The notes: a model not told the origin generated them from the sequence alone. 64,000 nucleotides of DNA from an uncultured Gemmatimonadales bacterium (GCA_963783385.1 CAWANJ010000009.1:416001-480000); one strand, 5' to 3'; positions 19,764 through 30,740 are shown, numbered from the stretch's first letter. Made by a program: numbers and translations.

Positions 19764-21110
19764 ATGCAGGAAGGGATGACGGGCGCGGGGCACGTGCTGT
19801 TCGGCTGGAACGCGCTGGTGGTAGCGACGATCCTTTTCGGGCTCACCTACGTGGTGATCATGTCCGAGAAGATCAACCGGGCCATCGCGGCGCTGCTGGG
19901 CGGCGGGCTCATGATCCTCGCGGGCGTGCTCACGCAGGAGGCGGCGGTGCGGGGGGTGGACTTCAACGTGCTGGGGCTTCTGACGGGGATGATGGTGCTG
20001 GTGGCCATCACCCGGAAGACGGGCGTGTTCCAGTTCGTGGCCATCTGGTCGGCCAAGAAGGTGAACGCGCGGCCCATGGGCATCCTGCTCATGCTGTCCG
20101 TGGTCACGGCCGTGTTCTCGGCGCTCCTGGACAACGTGACCACGGTGCTGCTCATCGTGCCGGTCACCCTCCTCATCACCGAAGAGCTGCAGATCGACGC
20201 GTATCCGATCCTGGCGGCGGAGATCTTCTCGTCGAACATCGGGGGCACGGCCACCCTGATCGGCGACCCCCCCAACATCATGATCGGCTCGGCCGCGGGC
20301 CTCTCCTTCAACGACTTTCTCCTCAACGTGGCGCCCATCGTGCCCCTCGTCTTCGTGTTCACGGTGCTTCCTATCGCGTTCCTGTGGAGGAAGCGGCTGG
20401 TGACGACCGAGGAGCACCGGCAGCGCGTGCTGGAGTTCCGCGAGCGCGAGGCGATCACCAACCCCCGCCTGCTCAAGCGCTGCCTGTTCGTGCTCGGCCT
20501 GGTCCTCGTCGGCTTCCTGGTGCACGGGACGTTGCACCTGGAGCCGGCCACGATCGCGATGTTCGGGGCGGCGCTCCTCCTGCTGCTGGCCAACGTGGGC
20601 AAGGAGGCCGAGGAGCAGTCGAAGGCGGTGCACGAGGCGTTCGCCGAGGCCGAGTGGGTGACCCTGTTCTTCTTCGTCGGCCTGTTCATCCTGGTGGCCG
20701 GGGTCGAGAAGGCGGGGCTTCTGGAGATGCTGGCGAACGGCGTCCTGGACGTGACCCAGGGCAGCTTCCACGTGACCGCGTACGCGGTCCTGTGGGTGTC
20801 GGCCGTGGCCTCGGCCATCGTGGACAACATCCCGTTCGTGGCGGCCATGATCCCCGTGATCAAGGACATGGGGCCGGCCATGGGGGGACCCGAGCACCTG
20901 CGGACGCTGTGGTGGGCCCTGTCGCTGGGCGCCTGCCTGGGCGGCAACGGCACCCTGATCGGCGCCAGCGCCAACGTGGTGGTGGCCGGCTTCGCCGAGC
21001 GCGCCGGCGAGCCGATCCGCTTCATTCCGTTCCTGAAGGTCGCCGTCCCTGCCATGCTCATGTCCATAGCGATCAGCCACGTGTATCTCTACCTGCGTTA
21101 TCTGACCTGA
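19764..21110 (+). CDS. ArsB/NhaD (IT superfamily) transporter, copy 2
   Basis: Paralog of 17747-19093 with the same motifs. Confidence 0.92.
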   Translation: MQEGMTGAGHVLFGWNALVVATILFGLTYVVIMSEKINRAIAALLGGGLMILAGVLTQEAAVRGVDFNVLGLLTGMMVLVAITRKTGVFQFVAIWSAKKVNARPMGILLMLSVVTAVFSALLDNVTTVLLIVPVTLLITEELQIDAYPILAAEIFSSNIGGTATLIGDPPNIMIGSAAGLSFNDFLLNVAPIVPLVFVFTVLPIAFLWRKRLVTTEEHRQRVLEFREREAITNPRLLKRCLFVLGLVLVGFLVHGTLHLEPATIAMFGAALLLLLANVGKEAEEQSKAVHEAFAEAEWVTLFFFVGLFILVAGVEKAGLLEMLANGVLDVTQGSFHVTAYAVLWVSAVASAIVDNIPFVAAMIPVIKDMGPAMGGPEHLRTLWWALSLGACLGGNGTLIGASANVVVAGFAERAGEPIRFIPFLKVAVPAMLMSIAISHVYLYLRYLT

Positions 21111-21136
21111 GCCATCGCCCGACCGAGGAGAGAACC

Positions 21137-22060
21137 GTGCGCATCGGCGCCCGGAAGTCGAAGCTCGCGCGCGTGCAAGCCGAGTCCGTAGCCGACGCGC
21201 TCCGCCGCGCCCATCCGGGCATCGAGGTCGAGTGCGTGTGGCTCATGACAGAGGGCGACCGGGTCCTCGATCGGCCCCTGCCGGAGATCGGTGGCAAGGG
21301 GCTGTTCACGGCGCGGCTCGAGGCGGCCCTCGAGGCCGGCGAGATCGACCTGGCCGTCCACTCGCTCAAAGACCTTCCCACCCGGCTCGCCGAGGGTTTC
21401 AGGGTCGCGTGCGTGCCCGGACGCGAGGATCCACGCGACGTTCTCCTGGGCCCCGACGGACCCATGGCGCTGGAAGCGCTCCCGAGCGGCGCGATCGTGG
21501 GGACTTCCGCCCCCCGTCGAGTCGCGCAGCTCCGCGCCATGCGCTCCGACTGCCGGGTCCACGCCGTCCGGGGCAACGTCGGTACCCGGATCCGGAAGAT
21601 GCGAGAGGGCCGGGTCGACGCGCTGCTGCTGGCGGCCGCGGGTCTTCTGCGGCTTGGGCTTCTCGAGGCCCGAGCAACGGCCCTCCTCGAGCCTCCGGAG
21701 TGGCTTCCCGCTCCCGGTCAGGGGGCGCTGGCCATCGAGACGCGGAGCGACGACGAGGAGATCCTGCGGCTGGTCGAGCCGCTCGAGGATGCGACGGCTC
21801 GCGGGGCGGTCGAGGCCGAGCGTGCCCTGCTAGCGACCCTCGAGGGAGGCTGCCAGGTGCCCATCGGCGCCCTGGCGCGCCCCGCGGGAGACGGCCGGCT
21901 GCGCCTGGACGGCATCGTGGTGGCGGAGGATGGCTCGCGCTCCCTGCGGGCATCCGCCGAGGCGCCGCTGACGGAGGCGGCTGTCCTGGGCGCCTCGGTG
22001 GCCCGGGATCTCCTCGCCCGCGGCGCGGCCCGTCTCCTGTCGGCGCCCGCGTCCCGGTGA
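21137..22060 (+). CDS. hemC: Hydroxymethylbilane synthase
   Basis: [46 protein letters not shown]. Confidence 0.96.
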   Translation: MRIGARKSKLARVQAESVADALRRAHPGIEVECVWLMTEGDRVLDRPLPEIGGKGLFTARLEAALEAGEIDLAVHSLKDLPTRLAEGFRVACVPGREDPRDVLLGPDGPMALEALPSGAIVGTSAPRRVAQLRAMRSDCRVHAVRGNVGTRIRKMREGRVDALLLAAAGLLRLGLLEARATALLEPPEWLPAPGQGALAIETRSDDEEILRLVEPLEDATARGAVEAERALLATLEGGCQVPIGALARPAGDGRLRLDGIVVAEDGSRSLRASAEAPLTEAAVLGASVARDLLARGAARLLSAPASR

Positions 22061-23229
22061 CGGAGTCCGTACCCGCCGGAGCGGGACGGGCGCCCCGGGA
22101 CGGCATCCTCGATCGGCAGGCGGCGGTCCGTGCCCTGGCCCGGCCGCGCGACTTCCGACTCGTGTTCACGAACGGTTGCTTCGACCTTCTCCATGTCGGG
22201 CACGTGGAGAGCCTGCGGGTCGCCCGCTCCCTGGGTGACCGCCTGGTGGTCGGCCTGAACTCCGACGCGTCGGTGCGGCGCCTCAAGGGACCGGGCCGGC
22301 CCCTCGTTCCGGCCGGTGACCGGGCCCTGATCCTGGCCTCCCTGCGGTCCGTGGACGCCGTAGTCGTGTTCGAGGAGGACACCCCCGAGCAGCTGGTCCG
22401 TGACCTCCTGCCGGACGTGCTGGTCAAGGGGGCGGACTACGAGGGTGAGGAGGTGGCCGGCGCCGCCGCGGTTCGCGAGGCGGGCGGGGAGGTGCGCCTC
22501 CTGCCCCTCGTCCCCGGACGCTCCACGACCGCGCTGGTGCAGGAGATGGTGGCCCGCGGAGCGACCCTGACCGGAGGTGCGGCCGGAATGGACCGGCCGC
22601 ACCGGCCCGATCGTCTGCTGGTGGCGACCCGCAACCCGCACAAGCTGGACGAGATGCGGGAGCTCCTCGGCGACGTACCGACGCGGCTCCTCTCCCTGCA
22701 GGACGTGGGAGCCGAGCCGCTCGAGGAGGAGGCGAGGCTGGAGACGGCCGAGACCTTCGCGGGGAACGCGCTCGCCAAGGCGCTTCACTTCCAGGCTCGC
22801 ACCGGCATGACGACCCTGGCCGAGGACTCGGGCCTGTGCGTGGAGGCGCTCGGGCTGGGACCGGGGGTGCGGACGAAGCGCTTCGCACCCCCCGAATGGG
22901 CGAAGCGGTATGGCCGCGACGCCGCCAACAACCGGTGGCTGCTGGAGCGTATGCGGGGTGTGCCGCCCGCCGAGCGGGGGGCGTGCTATCGGTGCGCGGC
23001 CGTCGTGGTGGACGGGCGAGGGCGCCTGCTGGTGGAAGGGGAGGTGTGCGGTCGAATCGCCGAGGAACTGCGAGGGGATGGCGGGTTCGGCTACGATCCG
23101 CTGTTCCTCCTTCCCGAGCGCGGACACACGTTCGGCGAGCTCCCCCGGGACGTGAAGCAGGCGACGAGCCACCGCGCCCGCGCCATGGCCCGGCTCCGGG
23201 CCTGGCTCCTGGGGGGGGAGCCCGGCTGA
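22057..23229 (+). CDS. Apparent fusion of heptose-1-phosphate adenylyltransferase (HldC/RfaE2) and RdgB/HAM1 non-canonical purine NTP pyrophosphatase
   Basis: [35 protein letters not shown], then [26 protein letters not shown] in one frame. Internal GGAGG + ATG at 22588. Confidence 0.85.
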   Translation: MTESVPAGAGRAPRDGILDRQAAVRALARPRDFRLVFTNGCFDLLHVGHVESLRVARSLGDRLVVGLNSDASVRRLKGPGRPLVPAGDRALILASLRSVDAVVVFEEDTPEQLVRDLLPDVLVKGADYEGEEVAGAAAVREAGGEVRLLPLVPGRSTTALVQEMVARGATLTGGAAGMDRPHRPDRLLVATRNPHKLDEMRELLGDVPTRLLSLQDVGAEPLEEEARLETAETFAGNALAKALHFQARTGMTTLAEDSGLCVEALGLGPGVRTKRFAPPEWAKRYGRDAANNRWLLERMRGVPPAERGACYRCAAVVVDGRGRLLVEGEVCGRIAEELRGDGGFGYDPLFLLPERGHTFGELPRDVKQATSHRARAMARLRAWLLGGEPG

Positions 23230-23297
23230 GGCGCCGCCCCGGACCGCGGTCGGGACCCCGACCGCATGGAAGGCGTGTGCTGACTCCGTAACAATAT

Positions 23298-24428
23298 TTA
23301 AAGCACGGTAGTATCTCCATCTATATGATGTGATATATCAGATGAAGGCGTTCCGGCCGAGCGTCCGCCCGCCTCGCCGTCTCGCGCGCCGTCGAGGTCG
23401 GTCCGAAGCCGCGGCAGGCACTGTGGATGGTGGGCCTGCAGGAAGTCCACGAGGCGCTCCCGGACGTGACAGCGGAGCTCCCAGGCCCGGCCCGCGTCGG
23501 AAGCGCTCATCAGGGCCCGCAGCTGGAGCGTGCGCTCGGTGGCGTCCGTGACCTGCAGGGCCCAGGCGCGCCCGTCCCACAGGTCGCTGGCCTCGAGGAC
23601 GCGATGGAGCTCCTCGCGCACCTTGTCGACCGGTACCGTGTAGTCGGCGAACAGGTAGGCCGTTCCCAGCAGCTGAGCCGAGGTGCGGGTCCAGTTCTGG
23701 AACGGCTTCTCGAGGAAGTACGAGGTGGGAACCACCAGCCGGCGCTCGTCCCAGATCCGGACGACGACGTAAGTGAGCCGGATCTCCTCGATGCGTCCCC
23801 ACTCGCCCTCCACGATCACCACGTCGTCGAGTCGAATCGGCTGGGTGATCGCCATCTGCAGGCCCGCCACCAGGTTGGACAGGGTCGGACGCGCTGCGAG
23901 TCCGACCACGATGCCGGCGACGCCGGCGGAGGCGAACAGGCTCACCCCCAGTCGCCGGATGTCCGGGAAGGTCATGAGCGCGGCCGACAGGCTCACGACG
24001 CCGACCACGATCCATGCGACCCTCCGCAGGATCTGGATCTGGGTCTGGACCTGCCGGGCGGCCAGGTTGTCGGGCACGTCGATTCGGTAGCGCCGCCCCA
24101 CGGCTTCGGCCACCGCGTCGACCACCGCCACCGCGAGCCACGCCAGGGCCCCGATCAAGAGGAGGGTCAGGATGTGGCCGGCCACGCGGACGGCCGCGTC
24201 CGGAAGCGGCAGGAGGGGCAGGGCGAGCCGGGCCGCCAGCGTTGCGAGGAGGAGGCCGGCGGGACGCGCCAGGTGGTGGAGGAGCGCCCCGGCGAACTCC
24301 CGGCCCTCCGCGCGGGACCAGCGCCGCGCCAGGAACCCGAGGGCCGCGTGCAGGAGGAGGCCGGCAGCCCCCGCCGCTGCGGCGAGGACGAGTGAGGCGA
24401 GCCACGGGTTTCCGTCCTGGAGCGTCAT
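23298..24428 (-). CDS. Small-conductance mechanosensitive channel (MscS family)
   Basis: SAGVAGIVVGLAARPTLSNLVAG, GEWGRIEEIRLTYV, PFQNWT. Confidence 0.92.
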   Translation of the reverse strand: MTLQDGNPWLASLVLAAAAGAAGLLLHAALGFLARRWSRAEGREFAGALLHHLARPAGLLLATLAARLALPLLPLPDAAVRVAGHILTLLLIGALAWLAVAVVDAVAEAVGRRYRIDVPDNLAARQVQTQIQILRRVAWIVVGVVSLSAALMTFPDIRRLGVSLFASAGVAGIVVGLAARPTLSNLVAGLQMAITQPIRLDDVVIVEGEWGRIEEIRLTYVVVRIWDERRLVVPTSYFLEKPFQNWTRTSAQLLGTAYLFADYTVPVDKVREELHRVLEASDLWDGRAWALQVTDATERTLQLRALMSASDAGRAWELRCHVRERLVDFLQAHHPQCLPRLRTDLDGARDGEAGGRSAGTPSSDISHHIDGDTTVL

Positions 24429-24472
24429 CGAACCCGATGGCCTTCAAGATCCGAACCGCCCCGCGCGGCGTG

Positions 24473-24501
24473 TTGACAGCCGCGGTTTCTGCAAGTACGC
24501 T
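24473..24501 (+). promoter_or_regulatory. Sigma70 promoter giving a probably leaderless mRNA
   Basis: TTGACA-17-TACGCT, then 6 nt to ATG 24508 with no SD. Confidence 0.6.
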
Positions 24502-24507
24502 AACTGC

Positions 24508-24984
24508 ATGCGGTTGAGGAAAGGCCAGGTGGTCGGCACCGTGCTTTTCGGCGTGGTGGTCGTGGGAAGCCTGTGGATCATGGACCGCGCGGCCTACGGC
24601 CGGGCCGAGCGCCTCTATGGCCGGGTCGAGCGGGTGGCGCGCTCGGGAGAGAGCGAGCCCGGATTCGAGGTTGCGCACGAGGGCCACGTGGTCGTCGTGA
24701 GCGTAGCGGGCGTCCAGGCGGATCTGTGTAACGCGTTCACCGGCGGCCTGTGGTTCGGCTTCGTCATGCCGCGCTCGGAGAGCGTCCGGAAGCTCCACCC
24801 GGACGTCCGCTCCCGGTCCGGCTTCTGCGACAGGAGCGGAACGAACACGCTCCTGTTCCGGTTCCCGGAGGGGCAGGGGCCGGACGGAGCCGGTCGAGCT
24901 CCGCAACCGGGCCCGAAGGGCGCCGACTCCGGGGTCGGCGGCCCGGGGCTCACCAGCCTGTCCGGCGGGGGCCGGGCCGGCTAG
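24508..24984 (+). CDS. Hypothetical single-TM protein
   Basis: N-terminal TM VVGTVLFGVVVVGSLWIM; promoter immediately upstream. Confidence 0.55.
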   Translation: MRLRKGQVVGTVLFGVVVVGSLWIMDRAAYGRAERLYGRVERVARSGESEPGFEVAHEGHVVVVSVAGVQADLCNAFTGGLWFGFVMPRSESVRKLHPDVRSRSGFCDRSGTNTLLFRFPEGQGPDGAGRAPQPGPKGADSGVGGPGLTSLSGGGRAG

Positions 24985-25023
24985 CTTCCCACCCTCCGCG
25001 CGCTTCCCGCGGCGCGGATCCAT

Positions 25024-25097
25024 CGGGGCGTGGCGCAGTCCGGTAGCGCACCTGCTTTGGGAGCAGGGGGTCGCCGGTTCGAATCCGGCCGCCCCGA
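25024..25097 (+). tRNA. tRNA-Pro (anticodon UGG)
   Basis: Acceptor CGGGGCG/CGCCCCG, anticodon arm CCTGC-TT-TGG-GA-GCAGG, T-loop GGTTCGAATCC; CCA is not encoded. Confidence 0.97.
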
Positions 25098-25256
25098 CTG
25101 GACCCGCACGGTTCCGCCTGTGGAAGGTCGCGCGAATCGGCCGGGCTCCGTCCTCCTGGTCCGCCGGGTACGCCCGAAGCTGCCCCGAGCGAGTGCCCTC
25201 TGCAGCGAGGTGCGTCGTCCGGGGCGGGGAGCCCAAGGGCCGGGAGCACCACCGCC

Positions 25257-25560
25257 ATGGTGACGGCATGCGGGCAGTGCCACGTTGGTCCGCAGGCCGC
25301 CTGGGAGACGACGAAGGACTCGCGCTACCAGGACGTGCAGTGCGAGAGCTGCCACGGCGACGCCAACGCGGCGCGCTCGGCCCTGCTCACCAGGCTCTCG
25401 AGGGTGAGCGACCGGGCGGACACGCTCATGGCCATGCTCACGCGAATCGACCCGAACCTGGACGGGGCGGGCGGCCCGATCGACCCGAACGACAACACGC
25501 TGTCGGTGGCCGAGGGCGCGTTCTTCAACTACAAGCTGGCCAACTGGACGGCTCGATTCA
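25257..25560 (+). pseudogene. Remnant of a multiheme c-type cytochrome
   Basis: Two CxxCH motifs (CGQCH, CESCH), no signal peptide; the frame degenerates after FFNYKLA. Confidence 0.6.
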
Positions 25561-25607
25561 GGCGGGCGGTCCCACAGGGGCCGCCCGCCTCTTCATTTCG
25601 GCCTCTC

Positions 25608-26096
25608 TCAGCGGGACGAGAGCATCTCGAGGGTGTGAAGTTCGACGAGGGTGACCTCCAGCGCCCTGAGGACGCCCCGGCGCACCGGGGCCGACAGGCC
25701 CCGCCCGGGACCGAAGCGGGCGGCCTCGATTCCGACGACCACGAGCCGGTCGGGGAGCTGTCCCAGGACCTTCCCCAGCGCGATGATCTCCCCGAGTCCC
25801 AGGCCGTGGCTGGACGGGTGGGGCGGGGAGACGGGGAGGACGTCGCCAAGAGCGTCCAGCCGGTGCACGGTCCCCGGCGGGGCCCCCGAACACACGGCGT
25901 CAATGACCACGGCCAGAGGTGCGCCCGTCCACAGGTCGAGGAGATCGGCCTCCCGGCCCGGGAGAGCCGCCACCCGAACGTCGGGCGGCGCCAGGAGGGC
26001 CAGGAGGCGGACCGCCTCGAGGCCGGCAGCGTCGTCGCTCCGATCCGGCGACCCGAGTCCGACGACGAGCGCGCGCCCCGAGCTCGACCCGGGCAT
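25608..26096 (-). CDS. Hydrogenase maturation protease
   Basis: VVGLGSPDRSDDAAG, VVIDAV, SSHGLGL; follows the large subunit. Confidence 0.88.
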   Translation of the reverse strand: MPGSSSGRALVVGLGSPDRSDDAAGLEAVRLLALLAPPDVRVAALPGREADLLDLWTGAPLAVVIDAVCSGAPPGTVHRLDALGDVLPVSPPHPSSHGLGLGEIIALGKVLGQLPDRLVVVGIEAARFGPGRGLSAPVRRGVLRALEVTLVELHTLEMLSSR

Positions 26097-26098
26097 GC

Positions 26099-27415
26099 TC
26101 ACGGCTCGCCGATCTCCAGCCGCAGAAAGTGGGTGGCGCACGAGATGCACGGGTCGTAGCTGCGCACCACCCGCTCGCAGGCGTGCTCCAGCTCCGGCCG
26201 CGGCAGGGCGAGCGACCGCTGGACGGTGGCCCGCAGGTCCTCCTCAATGACGCGCTGGTTCTGGGAGGTGGGCGGGATGATGCGCGCCACCCGGATCGCC
26301 CCGTCCTTGTCAAGGTCGTACCGGTGGTACAGGAGCCCGCGGGGCGCTTCGGTGCAGCCGTAGCCGGTGGCCTCCCGCGGCTCGACGCTCACGGCCGGGC
26401 GCGCGGGGGGCTCGTAGCTGCCGAGGATGCGCAGCGCCTCCTCGCACGCGTGCACGACTTCCACGGCTCGCACGACGATGCTCCGGTGCGGGTTCCGGCA
26501 CGCCGGCCCGAGCCGGGCATCCCTCGCCGCCTCGAGGGCGACGGGCGAGAGGCGCTCCGAGTTGAGCGCGTAGCGGGCCAGGGGGCCCGTGAGATAGGCG
26601 CCGCGCTCCTCAATGTGGGCCTGGAGGGCGTGAGTGTAGTCCGCCTGCTCCTCCGTGACGTGCGCCTCGAACTCGGATGGTTCAATGTCCAGTCCCGCCG
26701 TGGAGGCCGGGCGGCCCTCGTACATGGGGTACCGGTCCGGGTGGCGCAGCGCCACCAGCTCGCACTCCAGCTCCGACTCCGGCGCCTCGAAGCCCGCCAC
26801 CCAGCGCACGGTGTCGAGCGCGGCGTCTCTGGCCCGGAGGACCCGCTCCCTGAGCGCCGCCAGCTCGTCGAGGGCCGGCAGATGGAAGAAACCGCCCACC
26901 CGCACGTTCACCGGGTGGATCTCGCGGCCTCCCAGCAGGGTCACGATCTCGTTTCCCAACTTCTTGAGATCCAGACCTCGGCGCACCGCGTCCGGATGTT
27001 CCCGGGCCATGGCGATTCCGTCCTCGTAGCCCAGGAAGTCCGGAGCGTGCAGCATGTAGATGTGGAGGGCGTGGCTCTCGATCCACTCACCGCAGTAGAG
27101 CAGCCGGCGGAGCTCGCGGACCGGCTCGTCCACGCTCACGCCGCATGCGTCCTCCATCGCGCGGCACGCGCTCATCTGGTAAGCCACGGGGCAGATGCCG
27201 CAGATGCGTGCCGTGATGTCGGGCGCCTCGCTGAAGTCCCGGCCCCGGAGGAGCGCTTCGAACAGGCGCGGAGGCTCGAACAGCCTGAGCTGCGCCTCCA
27301 CGACCTGGCCTCCTTCCACCCGGACGTACACGGACCCGTGCCCTTCCACGCGGGCCAGACCGTCGATCCGGATCGTCCGGGTCCGGCGATCGGAGCGGCC
27401 GGGACGCTCAGCCAT
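26099..27415 (-). CDS. Group 3b [NiFe]-hydrogenase large (alpha) subunit
   Basis: ARVEGHG, L1 [16 protein letters not shown]2 [10 protein letters not shown] plus a short cleavable tail. Confidence 0.95.
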   Translation of the reverse strand: MAERPGRSDRRTRTIRIDGLARVEGHGSVYVRVEGGQVVEAQLRLFEPPRLFEALLRGRDFSEAPDITARICGICPVAYQMSACRAMEDACGVSVDEPVRELRRLLYCGEWIESHALHIYMLHAPDFLGYEDGIAMAREHPDAVRRGLDLKKLGNEIVTLLGGREIHPVNVRVGGFFHLPALDELAALRERVLRARDAALDTVRWVAGFEAPESELECELVALRHPDRYPMYEGRPASTAGLDIEPSEFEAHVTEEQADYTHALQAHIEERGAYLTGPLARYALNSERLSPVALEAARDARLGPACRNPHRSIVVRAVEVVHACEEALRILGSYEPPARPAVSVEPREATGYGCTEAPRGLLYHRYDLDKDGAIRVARIIPPTSQNQRVIEEDLRATVQRSLALPRPELEHACERVVRSYDPCISCATHFLRLEIGEP

Positions 27416-28190
27416 CGGACTCCGCCTCCGCCTGCGCCCGGAAGGCGGGCGCGTCGGCGTTGTAGGTGCGCAGGGCCCGGACCACCTCCTCCGGGGTCGC
27501 CCCCAGCCGTTCGCGCCACCACCCGGCCAGGGAGGGCAGGTTGGGCGTTTCCTTGGGACCGAAGCAGCCGTAGCAGCCGCGATCATAGGCGGGGCACAGC
27601 GCCCCGCAACCGGCCTGCGTGACCGGGCCGAGGCAGGGGACCCCGCGGGCGACCATGACGCATGCCGTGCCGCGGCGCTTGCACTCCACGCACACGGAGT
27701 GGGGGCGGACGGCGGGATCCCGGCCGGCCAGGAAGGCCCCGATCACCTCCAGGAGCTGGGTCTTCGAGATCGGACAGCCGCGCAGCTCGAAGTCCACCGG
27801 CACGTGATCGGAGATGGCGGTCGAGGTGGCCAGCGTGTCGATGTACTCCGGCCGAGGATAGACCGCCGAGACGAAGGAGTCCCGGTCGCCGAAGTTGCGG
27901 AGCGCCTGGATCCCGCCCGCCGTGGCGCAGGCTCCAATGGCCACCAGGTGGCGCGAGACGCGGCGGATCCGCTTGAGCTTCTCGACATCCTCGGTGGACG
28001 TGATCGAGCCTTCGACCAGGGACAGGTCGTAGGGCCCGCGCAGCACGGCGCTGCTCGCCTCCGGGAAGTGGGCCAGCCTGACCCGGTCGGACAGGGCGAG
28101 GAGCTCGTCCTCGCAATCCAGCAACGTGAGCTGGCAGCCATCGCACGAGGCGAACTTCCACACGGCGAGCTTCGGCATCGGACGTGGCAT
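27408..28190 (-). CDS. Group 3b hydrogenase small (delta) subunit
   Basis: [47 protein letters not shown]. Confidence 0.93.
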   Translation of the reverse strand: MPRPMPKLAVWKFASCDGCQLTLLDCEDELLALSDRVRLAHFPEASSAVLRGPYDLSLVEGSITSTEDVEKLKRIRRVSRHLVAIGACATAGGIQALRNFGDRDSFVSAVYPRPEYIDTLATSTAISDHVPVDFELRGCPISKTQLLEVIGAFLAGRDPAVRPHSVCVECKRRGTACVMVARGVPCLGPVTQAGCGALCPAYDRGCYGCFGPKETPNLPSLAGWWRERLGATPEEVVRALRTYNADAPAFRAQAEAESDG

Positions 28191-28191
28191 G

Positions 28192-29058
28192 TCAGAGCTC
28201 CCGGATCCGGAGCAGCGGCTCGATCCGGGACAGGGAATACACCGGCCCGTCCCGGCAAATGAGCTCCCCGCCCAGCTGGCAGTGCCCGCACAGCCCGATG
28301 CCGCACCGCATGTTTCGCTCGAGCGAGACGTAGGTGCGCTCCGCCGGAAGCCCGCGGCGGCCCAGCTCCCGGCCGACGTACCGCATCATGACCTCGGGGC
28401 CGCACAGCAGGGCCACGCAGTCCTCCGGCTCAATGGGTGCGTAATCGAGAAGCTGGGTCACCACGCCCACGTGGCCCCTCCACGGGCCGACGGCGTGGTC
28501 CACCGTGATCTCGACCTCCACGTCGTAGCGGGCCCTCCAGCGCCGGAGGTCGTCGGCGAACACGAGGCCGCGGGGGGAGCGCGCGCCGTACAGGAGGCTT
28601 ACGCGACCGAAGCGGCTCCGCTCCCCCAGGATCCGGCAGAAGGCCGACCGGAGGGGGGCGAGTCCGACGCCGCCCGCCACGAGCAGCACGTCGTGCCCCG
28701 CCGCCTGGTCGATCGGCCACGCGTTCCCGAACGGTCCGCGCACGCCGAGGAGGTCGCCTCGTCGGAGCGCGCAAAGCGCGCGCGTCACCGCACCCACCGC
28801 CCGCACCGTGTGCGCGAGGAGGCCGGGCGGCCCCGTCGGATCCCCGCTGATCGAGATGGGAGCTTCGCCGACCCCGAACACGTACAGCATGTTGAATTGC
28901 CCGGGGGCGTACGTTCTCTGCCCGTCGCCGTCCACGGGTTCGAGCTCCAGCGTCCAGGTGTCCGGCGTCTCCTGGCGCGTTCGACGCACCCGGTGGATGG
29001 CCGGCACCATCGGGTCCGGAGGGGCCGCGTCGTCGGGCGTCCGCACGAGGTCGCTCAT
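28192..29058 (-). CDS. Group 3b hydrogenase gamma subunit (FAD/NAD(P)-binding, 2Fe-2S)
   Basis: [43 protein letters not shown]. Confidence 0.92.
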   Translation of the reverse strand: MSDLVRTPDDAAPPDPMVPAIHRVRRTRQETPDTWTLELEPVDGDGQRTYAPGQFNMLYVFGVGEAPISISGDPTGPPGLLAHTVRAVGAVTRALCALRRGDLLGVRGPFGNAWPIDQAAGHDVLLVAGGVGLAPLRSAFCRILGERSRFGRVSLLYGARSPRGLVFADDLRRWRARYDVEVEITVDHAVGPWRGHVGVVTQLLDYAPIEPEDCVALLCGPEVMMRYVGRELGRRGLPAERTYVSLERNMRCGIGLCGHCQLGGELICRDGPVYSLSRIEPLLRIREL

Positions 29059-29078
29059 CGAGGGGTCTCTTCGGCCCG

Positions 29079-29546
29079 CTACCGCGCCCGCACGCCGCCG
29101 TACACGTCCAGGAGCTGGACGCTGGCCGCCTCGAGGCGCTGCATCATCACGCCGGTCACCCGCTTGAGGAGGTCGTAGCCCAGGCGGGCGTCGGCCTCGC
29201 ACTTGTCCCTCAGACAGGCCCCGTCGAACACCAGCGCGCGTGTGAGCTCCAGGGCCCTCGCATCGAAGACCCAGCGGTAGGGCGGCATGAGCCAGGAGAA
29301 GCCCAGCACCTCGCCCTCGCCGGCGCTGAGGACCGTGATCGTCCCTCGGGCCGGATCGTGGACCTCCACCACCGCGCGACCGCTTCGCAGGAGGTAGAAG
29401 CGATCGGCCGGCTCGCCCTCGCGGAAGAGGTAGTCCCCGGCCTCGAATCGCGCGTTGGTCCCGCAGCCCGCGATCAGGGCCAGGTCCTTCGGCTCCATGC
29501 CCGCGAAGAATGGATGTTCTGCCAGGAGCTGCTCGAGTCCCTTCAA
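29079..29546 (-). CDS. Stand-alone cyclic-nucleotide-binding domain protein
   Basis: [37 protein letters not shown]; no HTH; TTG start with GGAGG. Confidence 0.85.
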   Translation of the reverse strand: MKGLEQLLAEHPFFAGMEPKDLALIAGCGTNARFEAGDYLFREGEPADRFYLLRSGRAVVEVHDPARGTITVLSAGEGEVLGFSWLMPPYRWVFDARALELTRALVFDGACLRDKCEADARLGYDLLKRVTGVMMQRLEAASVQLLDVYGGVRAR

Positions 29547-30703
29547 GGATCACCTCCGATTCCGGATGTCTCCCGGTGCTCGGGCGCGTCGCCGGGCCAG
29601 GCGTCCGGGCTCCGCCGCAGCGCCGCGACCTCCTCCGTCAGGTCGATGCCCACCGGGCACCAGGTGATGCACCGGCCGCAGCCCACGCACCCCGAGCTGC
29701 CGAATTGATCGAACCAGGTTCCGAGCTTGTGGGTCAGCCACTGCCGGTACCGGGACGCGGCCGACTGGCGGACGCTGCCGCCGTGAATGTGGGAGAAGTC
29801 GGTGTGGAAGCAGGAGTCCCAGCGTCTCCAGCGCTCGGCCACCCGGCCCGACAGGTCGCCGGTGTCCTCGACGCTGGAGCAGAAGCAGGTGGGACACACC
29901 AGGGTGCAGTTACCGCAGGTGAGGCAGCGGTCGGCTACGTCCTTCCAGCGGGGATGCTCCAGGGTCTCTGCCAGGAGTTCCCGGACGCCGTCCGTGTCCA
30001 GGGTCCTCCCCATCCGTCCGGCCGCCCGCGACACCACCGCTGCCGCCGCCGCCTCGTCGGCTGCCGATGCCTCCCGGCGGGGCAGCCGCTCGAGCACACG
30101 CTCGCCCCGGCCGGAGCCTGCCGTCACGGTGAAGTGGGAGCCGTCGGGATCCAGGATCTCGGTGAGCGCGAGGTCGTAGCCTCCGTCGACGCCCGGTCCG
30201 GCGCCCATGGACGAGCAGAAGCACGTCCCGCCGGGATCTCCGCACTGGACCGCCACCAGGAAGGCCGCCTCCCGGCGGGCCCGGTACGTGGGGTCGGCGA
30301 AGGCACCTGCCAGGAGCACCCGGTCCTGGATTCGGATCGCATGGAGCTCGCAGCCCCGGACGCCGATGAGCGCGTAGCGCGGCTCGGGCTCCTCGTCCGT
30401 ACGGAGCTCCAGTCCGTCTTCCGTCCTCCGGGCGCTCCACAGCCGCCGCTTCGGCGGATACAGGTAGCGCTTCCAGGCCTCGGGGCCGAGGGCGTAGCCG
30501 AACAGGGCCCGGTCCCCGCGTCTCTCGAGACGATAGCGGCCGCCATCCTGCTCCTCGGTCCAGCCCTCGGGGAGGTCGGAGGTCGACCGGATCGAGCCGT
30601 AGCCGATCGTTGCGTCCCGGACGGTGGGTCCGACCAGGTCGTAGCCCTCGGCCACCAGGTGGGCGAAGAGTGCGTCGAGTCCCTCGCGTTCTATGACCTG
30701 CAC
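29543..30703 (-). CDS. Group 3b hydrogenase beta subunit (4Fe-4S dicluster, AsrA-like)
   Basis: [41 protein letters not shown]. Confidence 0.92.
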   Translation of the reverse strand: MQVIEREGLDALFAHLVAEGYDLVGPTVRDATIGYGSIRSTSDLPEGWTEEQDGGRYRLERRGDRALFGYALGPEAWKRYLYPPKRRLWSARRTEDGLELRTDEEPEPRYALIGVRGCELHAIRIQDRVLLAGAFADPTYRARREAAFLVAVQCGDPGGTCFCSSMGAGPGVDGGYDLALTEILDPDGSHFTVTAGSGRGERVLERLPRREASAADEAAAAAVVSRAAGRMGRTLDTDGVRELLAETLEHPRWKDVADRCLTCGNCTLVCPTCFCSSVEDTGDLSGRVAERWRRWDSCFHTDFSHIHGGSVRQSAASRYRQWLTHKLGTWFDQFGSSGCVGCGRCITWCPVGIDLTEEVAALRRSPDAWPGDAPEHRETSGIGGDP

Positions 30704-30740
30704 GTCACGCTCCTCGTGTGGCTGCCGGCAATCGTGCGGT

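Larger units (their letters stand above)
17275..21110 (+). repeat. Tandem duplication of the CBS + transporter unit (17275-19093 and 19292-21110; offset 2017 bp)
   Basis: Identical gene lengths (152 and 448 aa), identical 13-bp intergenic spacer and long identical DNA blocks. Confidence 0.97.

Noticed and set aside
23281-23345. Chromosomal dif site
   Set aside because: There is only a partial resemblance to a XerD arm (TGATGTGATAT) and no credible XerC arm. It is kept only as an unexplained AT-rich patch.
26099-27415. [NiFeSe] hydrogenase, given selB and selC in the same window
   Set aside because: The L2 motif is DPCISC with Cys codons and there is no in-frame TGA.
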